DNA of 32,000 nucleotides from Candidatus Saccharimonadota bacterium (GTDB lineage Bacteria; Patescibacteriota; Gracilibacteria; UBA1369; 2-02-FULL-48-14): NCBI GenBank assembly GCA_041661045.1, contig JBAZVE010000001.1, positions 1,170,001 to 1,202,000 of the forward strand, read 5' to 3'. Shown piece by piece: positions 31,197 to 32,000 of this stretch (position 1 is its first letter; each line of letters starts with the position of its first letter). The notes under the pieces were generated by a model. It saw only the letters and a program-made list of their open reading frames with translations, ran no database searches and was not told where the DNA came from. The position numbers and the translations under genes were made by a program.

Positions 31197-32000
31197 TCAA
31201 CCCAAGCTCTTTCGCATGACGGCGGCTTCGACGAGGTCGGCTTGAAAGTCGATGCCCATTTCGCGTTTGAAGAGGATGTTTGAGGTGAGGTTGCGGTGCA
31301 GGAAGTGATTGGGTTTTTGGGGCCCGAGTTCAATTTGGAGGATTTGCTGGGTGAGTTCGACATCTTCTAAGATTTCCTTCGCCCAGGTTTCCGTCTCAGC
31401 AAATTTTTCAAGATTTTCTCTATTCAAGTACTTGCCCGCATGTTTGAGTTCGGATCGGATCGTGAAAAAATGTTCTTCTAAAAGTGGGAGGAGGCCAAGT
31501 TCTTTGACCTGTTTGAGGGCCCGCCCTGTGCCGATGAATTCGGGGGGGATGCCGAGGGAATAACAGGCTCCCGTGAAGGTGATGGCTCTGGGCAATTTGA
31601 TTTCACCCACTCCCCTGTTGTAGCCAAATAAACCGATGTGCTGCACGCGTTCACGACGAGCGGGAATGTGCTTTGCCATTTCGTTGATGAGAGGAGCAAA
31701 ACCTTCCAGTGTGGGGTGATAAGTATTTTTAAAAAGCTGAATGAGGTCTTTGAGTTTGGCAAAGGTCGCATCGTCAAATTCGGGGGCTTTCTTTTTTGGG
31801 AGTTCGGACTCGATGAATTTCAGCGCTTTTTGAACTTCTTCTTGAGGGTAGTCATAACGGAAGGCGGATTGGATGGATATGGTCCGCACTCCTTCGTATT
31901 GAGGGAGCACTTGTTCTATATTCTCGGGGTTGATTCCGCCGCGGAAAGGCAAGGACCCACTTCCGATGATGGGGTACATGGGGATGCCGGTTTCTTTTTC
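31197..32000 (-). CDS. ppcA: Archaeal-type phosphoenolpyruvate carboxylase (PepcA-like), C-terminal part; 5' end outside window
   Basis: Frame stays open to the window edge (EKETGIPMYPIIGSGSLPFRGG...). The GSLPFRGG block and terminal ...RKSLG with C-terminal Gly fit PEPcase_2 as I recall it. Confidence 0.6.
   Translation of the reverse strand, partial: EKETGIPMYPIIGSGSLPFRGGINPENIEQVLPQYEGVRTISIQSAFRYDYPQEEVQKALKFIESELPKKKAPEFDDATFAKLKDLIQLFKNTYHPTLEGFAPLINEMAKHIPARRERVQHIGLFGYNRGVGEIKLPRAITFTGACYSLGIPPEFIGTGRALKQVKELGLLPLLEEHFFTIRSELKHAGKYLNRENLEKFAETETWAKEILEDVELTQQILQIELGPQKPNHFLHRNLTSNILFKREMGIDFQADLVEAAVMRKSLG

Noticed and set aside
1-32000. Alternative genetic code (UGA recoded, as in some candidate phyla)
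   Set aside because: All conserved genes are intact under the standard code. TGA serves as the stop at well-defined gene ends: the methyltransferase at 10836-10838, ribE at 20677-20679, and secG at 25022-25024.
1-32000. CRISPR arrays, tRNA/rRNA genes, IS elements or integrases
   Set aside because: No regularly spaced direct repeats, no spacer long enough to hold a tRNA-like cloverleaf apart from the palindrome region (which lacks tRNA features), and no transposase- or integrase-like ORFs were seen by eye. tRNAscan, Infernal and ISfinder-type searches would be needed to confirm.

Overview
Gene-dense bacterial chromosome segment read with the standard genetic code. It has about 35 supported protein genes on both strands, spacers mostly under 50 nt, and several overlapping gene ends. 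The backbone is housekeeping: tyrS (5' end cut by the window), recG, gatB, lepB, fmt, ssb, ribE-ribH, pgk, ruvX, rplI, secG, a eukaryote-like type-2 ileS, a class I aminotransferase, and the 3' part of an archaeal-type PEP carboxylase that runs off the right edge. Interspersed are envelope-glycan genes (a TagA/WecG-type transferase and a GT2 / lipoprotein SBP / Wzy_C operon), a second orphan solute-binding protein, and several small membrane proteins. I recognised no rRNA, tRNA, CRISPR array, transposase or integrase. The repertoire (bacterial Elp3, archaeal-type PEPC, type-2 IleRS, scarce Shine-Dalgarno sequences, tiny spacers) suggests a small-genome uncultivated lineage, possibly CPR/Patescibacteria or Peregrinibacteria-like; this is inference only. 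Main leads: (1) a head-to-head Elp3 plus Trm9/ALKBH8-like methyltransferase pair, implying a eukaryote/archaea-style (m)cm5U34 tRNA pathway; (2) an AT-rich islet between tyrS and recG holding an orphan sensor-plus-3TM protein, a RelE/Phd toxin-antitoxin pair and two perfect palindromes; (3) a 1149-aa orphan glycine-zipper membrane protein with its own strong promoter; (4) a 280-aa orphan ORF upstream of ileS; (5) the GT2-SBP-Wzy_C operon as a candidate glycosylation module. All functional calls rest on motif recognition by eye; no database search was possible.
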